Below are positions 37,132 through 47,009 of a stretch of DNA of 64,000 nt, in pieces. The DNA is from an uncultured Methanosarcinales archaeon (GTDB taxonomy: Archaea; Nanobdellota; Nanobdellia; Woesearchaeales; JACPBV01). The translations under genes were made by a program, and so were the position numbers. Position 1 is the first letter of the stretch; each line of letters starts with the position of its first letter. The notes beneath the pieces are model-generated. The model did not search any database and was not told the DNA's origin. It worked only from the letters and a program-made list of their open reading frames with translations. The stretch is from NCBI GenBank assembly GCA_964609455.1, contig CAZSRD010000003.1:8200-72199 (forward strand), read 5' to 3'.

Positions 37132-37349
37132 TGGATCAAAAGATCAGCTTTGCCTTTTAGGTCAGGGACATCGCATGCACCAAAACAGGAACCTAGCCAG
37201 ATTAAAACTTTAGCATTTGTTTCTTTTTCTATTTTGTCTGCTATTTCTTTAGCTTTTGGCTTAAGGCCTTCTGGTAATTGGATGCAGACAGTTTTGGCTT
37301 TACTTGTTTTTATTTCCTTTATTGCTTTGTTTAGTTCTAGGTTGTACAT
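37107..37349 (-). pseudogene. dph2: N-terminal remnant (80 codons) of diphthamide synthase Dph2
   Basis: KTVCIQLPEGLKPKAKEIADKIEKETNAKVLIWLGSCFGACDVPDLKGKADLLIQWGHS aligns with the Dph2 N-terminus (LIQSPEGL...YGACD...HLGHS) but stops after WGHSRWK; the EamA gene start overlaps. Confidence 0.5.
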
Positions 37350-37380
37350 ACTGATTGAGAAAAAGAATGTATATAAAAAA

Positions 37381-38160
37381 TTATCTTTTTAATCTATCTA
37401 GGGGTGCTCTTGCAATTTTGTAGTTAGAATACTCACTGATATGACTTATTTTTAAACCTCCCCGGTCTATATCTGTTACTTCTTCTTTGTCAGAGTTCAT
37501 TCTTCCTTTTGTTAGGGCTCGCCATCTTTCCCATTCTTCTGCTGGGACATTATTGTAATCAGGTTCTTTGTTTCCTGCACATTCTAGGATTAAACCAGCT
37601 CCTAAATATATCATTCCATGTGTGGCTTTACTTGTTTTTGGGTCACATTTGAATAAGATATCACCGGGTTGTGCTGCGTCTAGTATGTTGTTAAGACCAA
37701 ATTGATTGGCTGCTGTATCTAACCCTTCCCTATACTCATCTGCCCTCATTTTTTTATCTTGGAATAATTCATAACCTTGATTACCATAAACCCACCTTAA
37801 GAAACCAACACAATCAAATCCAGGCTCCATTGGTAATCCTTCACGCCAGCTTCCTTTTGGTTGTTTTTTATATCTTGGTATTTGCGTTTGGAAAGGATCA
37901 TTTGATTGTTCTTCTAGTGTGGAAGGAGAAACACCACCCCATACAAATGGTTTGGAGTAATGCTCATTATATTGGTTTAGTGCGAATCCAAGAAGTTCAA
38001 ATATTTGGTCTCGTTGTTCTGTCGAATCAAATCTATGGAATGAGGGTTTACTGTGGCCAGGCCTCCCGTAATCACAATAGCTTACTGTGATGCTTTTGGC
38101 TTCAAATTTACCTACATCTACGAATCCTATGAATGCTTCTAATCCTTTTGTTATTCTCAT
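37381..38160 (-). CDS. NlpC/P60 (CHAP-like) family cysteine peptidase
   Basis: Catalytic Cys context GFDCVGFLRWVY and His context ATHGMIYLG. Confidence 0.55.
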   Translation of the reverse strand: MRITKGLEAFIGFVDVGKFEAKSITVSYCDYGRPGHSKPSFHRFDSTEQRDQIFELLGFALNQYNEHYSKPFVWGGVSPSTLEEQSNDPFQTQIPRYKKQPKGSWREGLPMEPGFDCVGFLRWVYGNQGYELFQDKKMRADEYREGLDTAANQFGLNNILDAAQPGDILFKCDPKTSKATHGMIYLGAGLILECAGNKEPDYNNVPAEEWERWRALTKGRMNSDKEEVTDIDRGGLKISHISEYSNYKIARAPLDRLKR

Positions 38161-38612
38161 TCTAGAAATCTAAAAACAATTCATCCATCTCATAGGAATC
38201 TACTCTCTTTTTGTTCAAAAGAGCCATCTTTGGCTTTTTTCCATGGGCTCCTCTAACTTCATCAAATTCAAATTCTTCTTCTTTTGATTCAAGCAAGTCT
38301 TCCATTTTATTCGCCTATTAATCCTAGTTTTTCATATTCTTTTAGTTTTTTAACTTCACTATCTACTAGTTTTTTTCTTTCTTCTGTTACTTTTTCATTA
38401 TTTGTTTCTATTTTTTCTAAAAGACTCATTTTTGTCAAAATACTTTGTATTTCCTCAAAAATCTCTTTGAGATTTTTGGGACACAAAAAATTGCTTTCAA
38501 TTTTTTCGTGTTTTCCAAATTAGTCTCACTTTGTGAGATAATTAATGTAAAACAGTGAGAAATAGCTAATATATAAATCTTTCGTTTTTGTTGTTATTCT
38601 CAAGTAGTGAAC

Positions 38613-38924
38613 TTATTTAAGGACAAATTTTATGTATTTTTTACAGTCTAAGCAATAGTAAATCAGTTTATGGTCTTTTGTTCTTATCCTGCAGTTTATT
38701 GAGGGGATAAGTATGTTATGGCAGTGCTTGCAGAGCTGTTTTTTAATAACTTTGGGGAGTTTTAGCTTATGTTTCATACTTAGGTAGCGAATCTTCTTAG
38801 TGTATGCCTTAGAAAGCTGTTTGTTGCCTTTTTTGTAGGCCTGTTTGGCTTTTTTCAACAGTTCAGGTATTAGTTCTTTTGCTTCTTTCTTTGCTTGCAG
38901 TTTTTTTTGTAGTTTCTTTCTCAT
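38613..38924 (-). CDS. rnp4: RNase P protein component 4 (Rpp21/Rpr2 zinc ribbon)
   Basis: Basic N-terminal helices then CKHCHNIL...YYCLDCKKY zinc ribbon. Confidence 0.72.
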   Translation of the reverse strand: MRKKLQKKLQAKKEAKELIPELLKKAKQAYKKGNKQLSKAYTKKIRYLSMKHKLKLPKVIKKQLCKHCHNILIPSINCRIRTKDHKLIYYCLDCKKYIKFVLK

Positions 38925-39013
38925 ATGGCAATTGTTTATTAATAGCTATATTAAAGTTTCTTTTTTGGTGTATGTCATATATATTTTACAAAATAGATAA
39001 GTTTAAATATTAA

Positions 39014-39229
39014 ATGTATAACCTTATTTACATTATGGATAATAACCTTAGAAAATATAGGAGGATACTGAAGTTAAGGCAAGAGGATTTGGCTGCTGAG
39101 CTAGGGGTTACAAGGCAGACTATAAACGCCATAGAATCTGGGAAACACGACCCTAGCTTGAAATTAGCTTTTAAATTGGCTAAGTTATTCAATTGTGGTG
39201 TTGAAGACTTATTTATACCTATACTCTAA
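39014..39229 (+). CDS. XRE/Cro-C1 family HTH regulator (alternative start at 39035 MDNNL)
   Basis: LRQEDLAAELGVTRQTINAIESGKHDPSLKLAFKLAKLF is a canonical HTH_3. Confidence 0.7.
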   Translation: MYNLIYIMDNNLRKYRRILKLRQEDLAAELGVTRQTINAIESGKHDPSLKLAFKLAKLFNCGVEDLFIPIL

Positions 39230-39274
39230 ACAATATATAACTTTTTAAATCAATTTCGATTACCTCTTTTTAGA

Positions 39275-40537
39275 ATGTTCAATTTTTTAAAAAAACTATT
39301 TTCTGGACCAGAAGAAGAGCAAGTTAGTAAGGAGGAGATTAAGGTAGATGAATTAGAAAACTGGTTTAAGGGCAATGCTGATAAGATTTTTAAGGAATTA
39401 GGTTTTAAGATTAATCATGCAAAAACTAATATAAAAGACGAGATTGTTAAAGCAAAAGATAATTTAGCAGTTTTGAGTACTGCATCTCTGCATAACCCTA
39501 AGATAAGTGTTAAGGAGAAACAGTTTATGGAAGGAAATCGGAGTGCATATATCTTAGGTGTTAATGGTTTTTTAAGGAATATTGATATTGGAGTGGAGGA
39601 TTATTCTAAATTACTTGATTTTTGTTATAGTTTTAGTGTTAGGTTGGACAAGTTTGGTAAATCAACAGTTAGGCCATATCATATCTTACAAGAATTCTTT
39701 GCTCATGAAAGCAGGGATGTTGCTATAAACATTAAAAATCTGGGGATTCATGTTACTGCTATAAGGAGCGCTATTGAGAATGCCAATATAAGCAAAATTG
39801 ATGATGTGAAGAATATGATTGTTGAATTGAAAGCTAAGATAAAACAGAAAACAGATATAGGGGATTCCTTAAGCGACAAAGAAAAAACTAAAGAAGGTTT
39901 AGTGAGAAATAAAGGGGAGATTGAAAAGGCTCTTGAAAAATTACACAAAAGCAAAGAGTATGACCAGTTAAATGAGCTAAAGGCAGAGAAGGAATCTGTT
40001 TTAGTAAGCTTAAGAGAGCATAATGCAAAGATAGTCCATGCTTTTTCTGTTATGGAAAGGTCTTTAAGAAAATTGAGCAGGGTAGTTGTTGAAGATAGCG
40101 AGCTACTTCAAAAATATATAGATCATCCTGTTGAAGCTTTGGTTAATGATGATAATTTTAAGATTATCGGCCTATTGGCTAAATTAGAGAAAAACATCAA
40201 TAATCTAACACTTGAATTGAAAGATAAAAAGAGGGAGAAGGTTCTGGAGACTGTTAAGGGGCTTACAGAGGAATTTTTAAGAGAGTTTGTCAATAAGCAC
40301 AGGGAGCTGGACAATAAGTTAGGGGAGTTAGAGAGACGAATTGATGAGAATGAAACTCTTAAGAAAGAGAAAAAGTTAGATTATGAGTTAAGTAACTTTC
40401 AGGACAACCTAGAGAAGGTAAGCACAGAGATTCTAGATGATGAGCAGGAACTTAGCAAGATAGATATTGCTGAGATGAAAAATAATTTAGGAAAAGAGAT
40501 AAATGAACTGCTGAAGGTTGATGTGGTTATTAGTTAA
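39275..40537 (+). CDS. coiled-coil hypothetical protein
   Basis: 420 aa, K/E-rich heptad-like sequence. Confidence 0.45.
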   Translation: MFNFLKKLFSGPEEEQVSKEEIKVDELENWFKGNADKIFKELGFKINHAKTNIKDEIVKAKDNLAVLSTASLHNPKISVKEKQFMEGNRSAYILGVNGFLRNIDIGVEDYSKLLDFCYSFSVRLDKFGKSTVRPYHILQEFFAHESRDVAINIKNLGIHVTAIRSAIENANISKIDDVKNMIVELKAKIKQKTDIGDSLSDKEKTKEGLVRNKGEIEKALEKLHKSKEYDQLNELKAEKESVLVSLREHNAKIVHAFSVMERSLRKLSRVVVEDSELLQKYIDHPVEALVNDDNFKIIGLLAKLEKNINNLTLELKDKKREKVLETVKGLTEEFLREFVNKHRELDNKLGELERRIDENETLKKEKKLDYELSNFQDNLEKVSTEILDDEQELSKIDIAEMKNNLGKEINELLKVDVVIS

Positions 40538-41702
40538 GGGCATTAACTGCAGGTAATTCTTTCTTGCTTAGGTATGTTATTGAAGCTCCGCCGCCTGTTG
40601 AGAACTGTGCTTTTGTTCCTTTGTATGCTTTTGCTGATTCTCCGCCACCAAGTACAACAATGTTTACACTGTTAAGGGCGTTTGCTAAGTTGTTTGTCCC
40701 TTCTGCAAAGCCACCTTTTTCTTTTTCAAATACTCCGAATGGACCAAAGCCGACAGCAACATTTGCTTTTTTTAGCTGTTCTAATTTTTCTCCTTCATAA
40801 ATGCAATCAACAATTGCATATCCCGGGGGTATGTCTTCTGATTCCTTTATTCTCTTTTCATCGACAAATTTATCCCCTTCTTTTCTTGCTATAACAATGT
40901 AATCAGGCATAACTATATTTTTTACTTTTGGGAGAAGTTCCCTTGCCATTGCAATATAGTCTGTATCATCATTTTTCTCAGTCACTAATGAAGAACCTAT
41001 ATTTCTATCCTGTGCTGCCCTTATGACATTATATACAGGACCGCCTACATAGACTTTATCAAACTCTTTGCTTAATTTCTTCAATGCTTTTCCTATTTTT
41101 TCACTTAATTTTTTACCGCCTAAGCAAAGATACTTTGGGCCTTGGTTTTCCATAACACTTGACCACATATCAATCTCTTTCTGCATCAACAATCCTGCAG
41201 CTTTTTGGTCTTGTTTAAACAACAATGGAAGGCCATAAACAGAAGCATGCTCTCTGTGAGCTGTTCCGAAAGCATCATTGATGTATATCTCACCTAGTCT
41301 AGCTAAGGCTTTTACAAATGCTGGATCATTAGATTCTTCTCCAGGATTGAATCTTAGGTTTTCTAATAATGTTATATCTCCATCCTGCATATCAGTTATT
41401 ATGTTTTCAACCTCACTGCCTATACAATCAGGGGCCATTGTAACTTTTTGATCAAGTTTTTTCTCTAAAGCTTCAGCAACAGGAGCAAGGCTTTCTTCAG
41501 GAACTACTTTTCCATCTGGCCTTCCTAAATGAGACATTAAGATTACTTTAGCTCCCCTTTTTTGAGCATACCTTATCATGGGTAAAGAAGCGGTTAATCT
41601 ATCTTCCTCTGCAATTTCATCTGGATCTCTTGAAGAAACATTTAAATCAAGCCTAATGAGAACTTTTTTTCCTTTTAATTTTAATTCATCTAGTTTGCCC
41701 AT
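40530..41702 (-). CDS. pgk: phosphoglycerate kinase
   Basis: N-terminus KKVLIRLDLNV and PGK hinge/ATP motifs (GGGASI, ELPAV). Confidence 0.88.
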   Translation of the reverse strand: MGKLDELKLKGKKVLIRLDLNVSSRDPDEIAEEDRLTASLPMIRYAQKRGAKVILMSHLGRPDGKVVPEESLAPVAEALEKKLDQKVTMAPDCIGSEVENIITDMQDGDITLLENLRFNPGEESNDPAFVKALARLGEIYINDAFGTAHREHASVYGLPLLFKQDQKAAGLLMQKEIDMWSSVMENQGPKYLCLGGKKLSEKIGKALKKLSKEFDKVYVGGPVYNVIRAAQDRNIGSSLVTEKNDDTDYIAMARELLPKVKNIVMPDYIVIARKEGDKFVDEKRIKESEDIPPGYAIVDCIYEGEKLEQLKKANVAVGFGPFGVFEKEKGGFAEGTNNLANALNSVNIVVLGGGESAKAYKGTKAQFSTGGGASITYLSKKELPAVNALN

Positions 41703-41809
41703 GTTACCACCCAGTAAGTCAAGATTGATGTCAAATATATAAACTTTATTATAGTTAAGTTAATAGATTACGTAATTTTTTTGGAAATCCAAGGGATTTC
41801 CTAAACAGT

Positions 41810-42955
41810 TTAGGAAGTTAATAACTTCCTAAATTTTTCCAGTGCTTCTCCTAAGGGGCTTTTTTTGATGTCTATGGCATCATATGGGCAGATTTCATGG
41901 CAGCAAAAGCATCTTATGCAGTTTTCCCTGTTAATGAATGCTGCTTGTTTTTTTCCGTATTGTTTTAAAGAGATAGTTTTAGCAGGGCATATCTTAATGC
42001 ATTCCTGGCAGGCTCTGCATTTATCATAGTTTATCTTGGGCTTGTCTGTTAAAAGGTTGCCTACTATTTTTGCCATGCCTTTTGGAAGAACAAAGCTTAA
42101 TGGCTTTTGTTTGTTGGATTTGAATTTAATCTTGACATTTTTCAGAGCTTCTCCAACAACCTCTATGTTTTTCATGAAATCCTTCTCTTTTTGTTGCAGC
42201 GCTACCTTGTTTGTCCAGATGCTTAGGGGATCAAAACCCATAAGTTTGCACATTACAATGTCCATTGCCAAACTGTTTTTTGATGCAGAGATTATTCCTG
42301 CTTTGATTGGGTCTCCATTGCCAGGGCCTTCTCCTTCCATGCCTACAATTCCATCCATTATGTTTACAGTTGGCTTGATGAAATTGTTTAGGTCAACAAG
42401 CATTGTGGCAAACTTTTCCTTATCTTTTAACCTGAAATGCATTTTGCTTTTGTCTAAGCCTCTAATAAATCCGAAGGTGTTCTTAATGGATAAAGTAACG
42501 CCCATCATGACATGGGTTTTTAGTTTTGGGGCGTTTATGACATAATCTACCTTGTCAATTATATCTGCCAGCATGAATCGTTTCATGAGCATGGCTTCCT
42601 GATAGGAATAGTTCTTTCCCTCTTTGAAATCTACGAATTCAATGCCTTCTTGTTTGCAAACATCAAGAATTCCTGAGACCTTTGCTGTTGTTGTAGGATC
42701 ATGGAAACCTGGAGAATCTCCAACGATGATTTTGCAGTTTATTTCTTTTAGAATTTTGATTATTGCTCTGATCACTTCTGGGTGTGTTGTTACAGCATAT
42801 TTTGGATGTTTTGGCCTTAGTAAGTTTGGTTTTATGAGAACTTTGGAATTTGGTTTTATGTTTAAGCCGCCTATAAGTTCAATGCTTTTTTTAATAGCTT
42901 TGTAGACTTCTTCCTGGTCATAAGAATTGCACTTTACCAAAGATACTTTTTCCAT
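41810..42955 (-). CDS. DUF362-domain protein fused to 2x[4Fe-4S] ferredoxin
   Basis: C-terminal CRACQECIKICP and CIRCFCCHEICP cluster motifs. Confidence 0.65.
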   Translation of the reverse strand: MEKVSLVKCNSYDQEEVYKAIKKSIELIGGLNIKPNSKVLIKPNLLRPKHPKYAVTTHPEVIRAIIKILKEINCKIIVGDSPGFHDPTTTAKVSGILDVCKQEGIEFVDFKEGKNYSYQEAMLMKRFMLADIIDKVDYVINAPKLKTHVMMGVTLSIKNTFGFIRGLDKSKMHFRLKDKEKFATMLVDLNNFIKPTVNIMDGIVGMEGEGPGNGDPIKAGIISASKNSLAMDIVMCKLMGFDPLSIWTNKVALQQKEKDFMKNIEVVGEALKNVKIKFKSNKQKPLSFVLPKGMAKIVGNLLTDKPKINYDKCRACQECIKICPAKTISLKQYGKKQAAFINRENCIRCFCCHEICPYDAIDIKKSPLGEALEKFRKLLTS

Positions 42956-43084
42956 AATATAAAAGAAAGAAAAAGGGTTTATAATGGTTTTGTTTAAATA
43001 AACAATGGCAAGAAAACCAATGCTACTATTGGTTTTTCAACAACTCTCCTTTAATATCTTCTCTTAGTTTGTTCCAGGGTTTTT

Positions 43085-43432
43085 CTATTTATATCCGAAC
43101 TTTTTATCATATTCCTTATGGTCAATAAGGTCAAGAACAAAGGCAATTATCTCTATTTCTGTTTCTCCATCTACGAGAGAATAAAGCATCCTCCAGAAAT
43201 TAGGGAGCTCTACTCTGAACAAGTTTGTTACTCCATATTTGCTTTTGTACTCTTGAGGTATTAACTTTTTTGCAATAGGATCACCGTAATGAAAGTTGGC
43301 TTTTATCAATTCAATTTTATTATTGACAGAATTGAGAATCATCCGTTCATTTTTTGAAGTTGGCGCTTGTTTATTTAAATACTTATAAATCTCTTCTGCT
43401 TCTGGTGAAAATATTGCCCTAATTTTTTTCAT
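43085..43432 (-). CDS. RelE/ParE-family toxin-like protein
   Basis: C-terminal NLFRVELPNFWRMLYSLVDGETEIEIIAFVLDLIDHKEYDKKF matches the RelE/ParE core pattern; 4-nt overlap with the upstream gene. Confidence 0.6.
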   Translation of the reverse strand: MKKIRAIFSPEAEEIYKYLNKQAPTSKNERMILNSVNNKIELIKANFHYGDPIAKKLIPQEYKSKYGVTNLFRVELPNFWRMLYSLVDGETEIEIIAFVLDLIDHKEYDKKFGYK

Positions 43433-43737
43433 ATTTCAAGGCCATGAGCAATTGCTTTTCTTAAGTTGGGATTTGTGTTGTGCACCCATGTAATCCCTTT
43501 TAGGCTTACCACTATCTTATTGCTTTTTTCTAAATATTCAAGAATTACCCTTAAGGTATTATGATTTACCATTCTAGGAAGCTTTCTTTTAAGTTCAGCA
43601 ATTGTAATAACACTTTCATCCATATTCTCGAGAGTTTCCTCTACCATGAGTACTGTATTTAAGGTAGGTGCATGTTCGAGTTTTTTTTCCTGCATTTGTT
43701 TTAACATGCTTAAAAACCTCCGGTTTTTAGCACACAA
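43429..43737 (-). CDS. putative cognate antitoxin / small regulator
   Basis: 102 aa ORF translationally coupled to the RelE/ParE-like gene; no motif. Confidence 0.35.
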   Translation of the reverse strand: MCAKNRRFLSMLKQMQEKKLEHAPTLNTVLMVEETLENMDESVITIAELKRKLPRMVNHNTLRVILEYLEKSNKIVVSLKGITWVHNTNPNLRKAIAHGLEI

Positions 43738-43909
43738 AAATCTTCGATTTTTGATGTTTTAATAACTAAAAGTTATTAGTTAATAACTATTAGATACTAA
43801 CTTATATTTAAATCTTTCTATTTTAAAGATACAATTGGAACTAATATAAAAAAAGAAAAATAACGGGAAAATTTTCCCTAGTTCAGTAAATTATTTTATA
43901 ATTTGTGAA

Positions 43910-45901
43910 CTAAATAAAAAGTGGTAAAAATACAAGAGCCACAATGCTTATTAATTTAATCAAAATATTTAGTGAAGGACCAGCTGTGTCTTTCATTGGG
44001 TCACCTACAGTATCGCCAACGACAGCTGCTTTGTGTGCATCAGAGCCTTTTCCACCAAACTTGCCTGATTCAATATATTTTTTAGCATTGTCCCATGATG
44101 CTCCTGAGTTCGCCATAAAGACTGCCATTAAGAATCCTACAACTGTTGCTCCTGCTAAGACTCCTCCTACTGCTTCTACCCCTAGGGTCAACCCAACCGC
44201 AATTGGAGTTAGTATTGTTATTAAGCTTGGCAATATCATTTGTTTTAATGCTGCGCCTGTTACTATTGAGATGCATTTATTAGAATCAGGCTTAGCTTTT
44301 CCTTGCATAATTCCTTTTATTGTTTTGAATTGTCTACGAACCTCTTTTACTACAGCTTCTGCTGCTCTTCCAACCGCTTTCATTGATAATGCTGAAAAAA
44401 CAAATGGTAAAACACCACCTATGAATAATCCAACGATCACATTTGGTGTTGTTATATCAATGATAGTTGCTTTTCCAGTTAATTGTGCAGCTACTTGAGT
44501 AAAGGAGGCGAATAATGCTAATGCAGTTAATCCTGCAGAACCAATTGCGAAACCTTTTCCAATAGCTGCTGTTGTGTTTCCAACAGCATCTAAGCCTTCA
44601 CATCTCTTTCTTACATTTCCTCCAAGATTAGCCATTTCTGCTATGCCTGCTGCGTTATCTGCTACAGGGCCATAACAATCTGTTGCTAGTGTAATGCCTA
44701 ATGTTGAAAGCATGCCTACTGCTGCTATTGCAATTCCATACAATCCTGAGAAGTGAAATGAAATTAATATTGCAGCACATATTGTTAAAACAGGTATTAG
44801 TGTTGATAACATACCAACAGATAGTCCTTGAATTAAATTTGTTCCTGCTCCTGTCTGAGCTGCTTCTGCAACTTGCTGGGTTGGTTTTCTATGATCAGAT
44901 GTGTAATATTCTGTTGCTAAACCAATTATTATTCCTGCTACAAGTCCAGAAAGCATTGCATAAAAAACACCTAGGCCATGAGAGTTTGGAATGATATATC
45001 CTATAACAAAAAATGATGCTATTGCCATAACAGCTGATGCTGCCCATATTCCTTTATCCAAAGCGTGCTGTGCTTTTCCTTTTGTAACTTTAACAAAGAA
45101 CGTTCCTATAATTGATGATAAAATCCCTAAAGCTGCTAGTACCATTGGTAATATTACATAGCCTTTGTCTATTTTTGTTGCTATACCCAAAACAGTTGTT
45201 CCTATCACCATTGCTGCTATTATTGAATCAACATAGCTTTCAAATAAGTCTGCACCCATTCCTGCAATATCTCCAACATTGTCTCCTACGTTATCTGCTA
45301 TAACAGCAGGGTTCCTAGGATCATCTTCTGGGATGCCAGCTTCTACTTTTCCAACTAAATCTGCACCAACATCAGCTGCTTTTGTATAAATACCTCCGCC
45401 AACTCTTGCGAATAAAGCTATGCTTGATGCTCCAAAGCCAAAACCATAGATTATGTTTGGATCATTAAATATTAGATAAAGAATAGTTACCCCTAATAAA
45501 CCTAAACCAACAACCGTAAGTCCCATAACAGTTCCTGAAGAAAAAGCAATGTTCAATCCTTCGTTTAATGATTTTTTTGCTCCTTCTGTTGTTCTAGAGT
45601 TGGATTTTGTTGCAATTCGCATACCGATATTGCCAGCCAAAGCAGAGAAAATTGCTCCAATAACAAATGCTATCGATATTGTTTGACCTATAAAAAAATA
45701 TAATGCTGCTGTAACAATAATTACAAATCCTAATAATATTATATACTCTTTGTTTAAGAAAGTCATAGCTCCTTTATGTATCAAATCAGAAAGCTCTTTC
45801 ATCTTTTCATTTCCAGGAGATTTCTTAATAACCTTAACTGCCTGAAACACTCCAAAAACCAAACCTAAAACACTTATTACCAAAATTACGTATAAAATCA
45901 T
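43910..45901 (-). CDS. hppA: membrane-bound proton/sodium-translocating pyrophosphatase
   Basis: DNVGDNVGD and GDTVGDP motifs; ~16 TM helices; 663 aa. Confidence 0.9.
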   Translation of the reverse strand: MILYVILVISVLGLVFGVFQAVKVIKKSPGNEKMKELSDLIHKGAMTFLNKEYIILLGFVIIVTAALYFFIGQTISIAFVIGAIFSALAGNIGMRIATKSNSRTTEGAKKSLNEGLNIAFSSGTVMGLTVVGLGLLGVTILYLIFNDPNIIYGFGFGASSIALFARVGGGIYTKAADVGADLVGKVEAGIPEDDPRNPAVIADNVGDNVGDIAGMGADLFESYVDSIIAAMVIGTTVLGIATKIDKGYVILPMVLAALGILSSIIGTFFVKVTKGKAQHALDKGIWAASAVMAIASFFVIGYIIPNSHGLGVFYAMLSGLVAGIIIGLATEYYTSDHRKPTQQVAEAAQTGAGTNLIQGLSVGMLSTLIPVLTICAAILISFHFSGLYGIAIAAVGMLSTLGITLATDCYGPVADNAAGIAEMANLGGNVRKRCEGLDAVGNTTAAIGKGFAIGSAGLTALALFASFTQVAAQLTGKATIIDITTPNVIVGLFIGGVLPFVFSALSMKAVGRAAEAVVKEVRRQFKTIKGIMQGKAKPDSNKCISIVTGAALKQMILPSLITILTPIAVGLTLGVEAVGGVLAGATVVGFLMAVFMANSGASWDNAKKYIESGKFGGKGSDAHKAAVVGDTVGDPMKDTAGPSLNILIKLISIVALVFLPLFI

Positions 45902-45963
45902 ATTTCCACCTCACTCTTTTCGAAAAATAGGTTGTATAAAAAGATTTCTAATTAAGGATATAG

Positions 45964-46965
45964 CTATTTCATAATCAGCTTTACCATATCCACCATTCTA
46001 TTAGAATACCCCCATTCATTGTCGTACCACCCAACAACAATAAGGTTGTTGCCTACGCAGGTTGTTAGCTGAGAATCAAATAAACATGAGTGCGGGTTTC
46101 CAATAACATCTGTTGATACGAGAGCTTCTTCTGAATATTCAACAATTCCTTTGTATCTTGTAGAGGCCATTTTTTTGAAAAGAGCATTAACTTCGCCTGT
46201 AATGCAAATATTCCTTTTTCCCCGCAATTCTGCTACAAAATGGCATAAAGAACCGTCTGCTGTTGGGACCCTTATTGCAGAACCTATAAGCTTGCCTTTT
46301 AGTTCAGGAATCACATCGCCGATTGCTTTTGCAGCACCTGTTGATGTTGGTACTATGTTTAGAGATGCAGAACGTGCTCTTCTAAGATCCTTATGGGGGC
46401 TGTCTAGAATTCTCTGGTCGTTTGTGTAAGAATGAACTGTTGTCATAACACCATCTACAATACCATATTTATCATTAATTATTTTAGCCATTGGCGCGAA
46501 GCAGTTTGTTGTGCATGATGCGTTTGAAACTATCTCTTCGTTATTGTATGTTTTATCATTTACCCCCATGACAATTTGTTTTATTGGTTTTGTGCCTTTT
46601 GGCGGAGCGCTTAGAATTACTTTTTTAGCCCCTGCTTTTAGATGCGTTTGGCATTCTTCATATTTTCTGAAAAATCCTGTGCTCTCTACAGCGACATCAA
46701 CTTTAAGTTTTTTCCAAGGAAGTTTTTTAGGGTCTTTTTCTGCTGTTACTTTTATTTCCTGCCCGTTTACAATTATTGAATCTTTTTGAGCTTTAATTGT
46801 TCCTGGAAAAGGCCCATGTACAGAGTCCCACCTTAAGAGGTGGGCTAATGTTTGCGGGTCTGTTAAGTCATTTATTGCAACAAACCTTAGTTTTTTATTA
46901 TTTATACCTGCTTTTAGAACTAGCCTTCCAATTCTACCGAAGCCGTTAATAGCAACGTTAATCAT
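45964..46965 (-). CDS. gap: glyceraldehyde-3-phosphate dehydrogenase, class I (bacterial/eukaryotic type)
   Basis: NGFGRIGR and catalytic SNASCTTNCFAP. Confidence 0.9.
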   Translation of the reverse strand: MINVAINGFGRIGRLVLKAGINNKKLRFVAINDLTDPQTLAHLLRWDSVHGPFPGTIKAQKDSIIVNGQEIKVTAEKDPKKLPWKKLKVDVAVESTGFFRKYEECQTHLKAGAKKVILSAPPKGTKPIKQIVMGVNDKTYNNEEIVSNASCTTNCFAPMAKIINDKYGIVDGVMTTVHSYTNDQRILDSPHKDLRRARSASLNIVPTSTGAAKAIGDVIPELKGKLIGSAIRVPTADGSLCHFVAELRGKRNICITGEVNALFKKMASTRYKGIVEYSEEALVSTDVIGNPHSCLFDSQLTTCVGNNLIVVGWYDNEWGYSNRMVDMVKLIMK

Positions 46966-47009
46966 TATATCACCTTTTTTATACTAATTCTTCTTTGTTT
47001 GTTTAATAT

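Noticed and set aside
43944-44498. Long antisense ORFs inside hppA, the Ca2+-ATPase, L11 and ftsZ (e.g. 43944-44498, 52798-53502, 54586-55044, 55986-56711, 57927-58511)
   Set aside because: They are low-complexity translations overlapping strongly supported genes on the other strand and have no start context or motifs; they are spurious.
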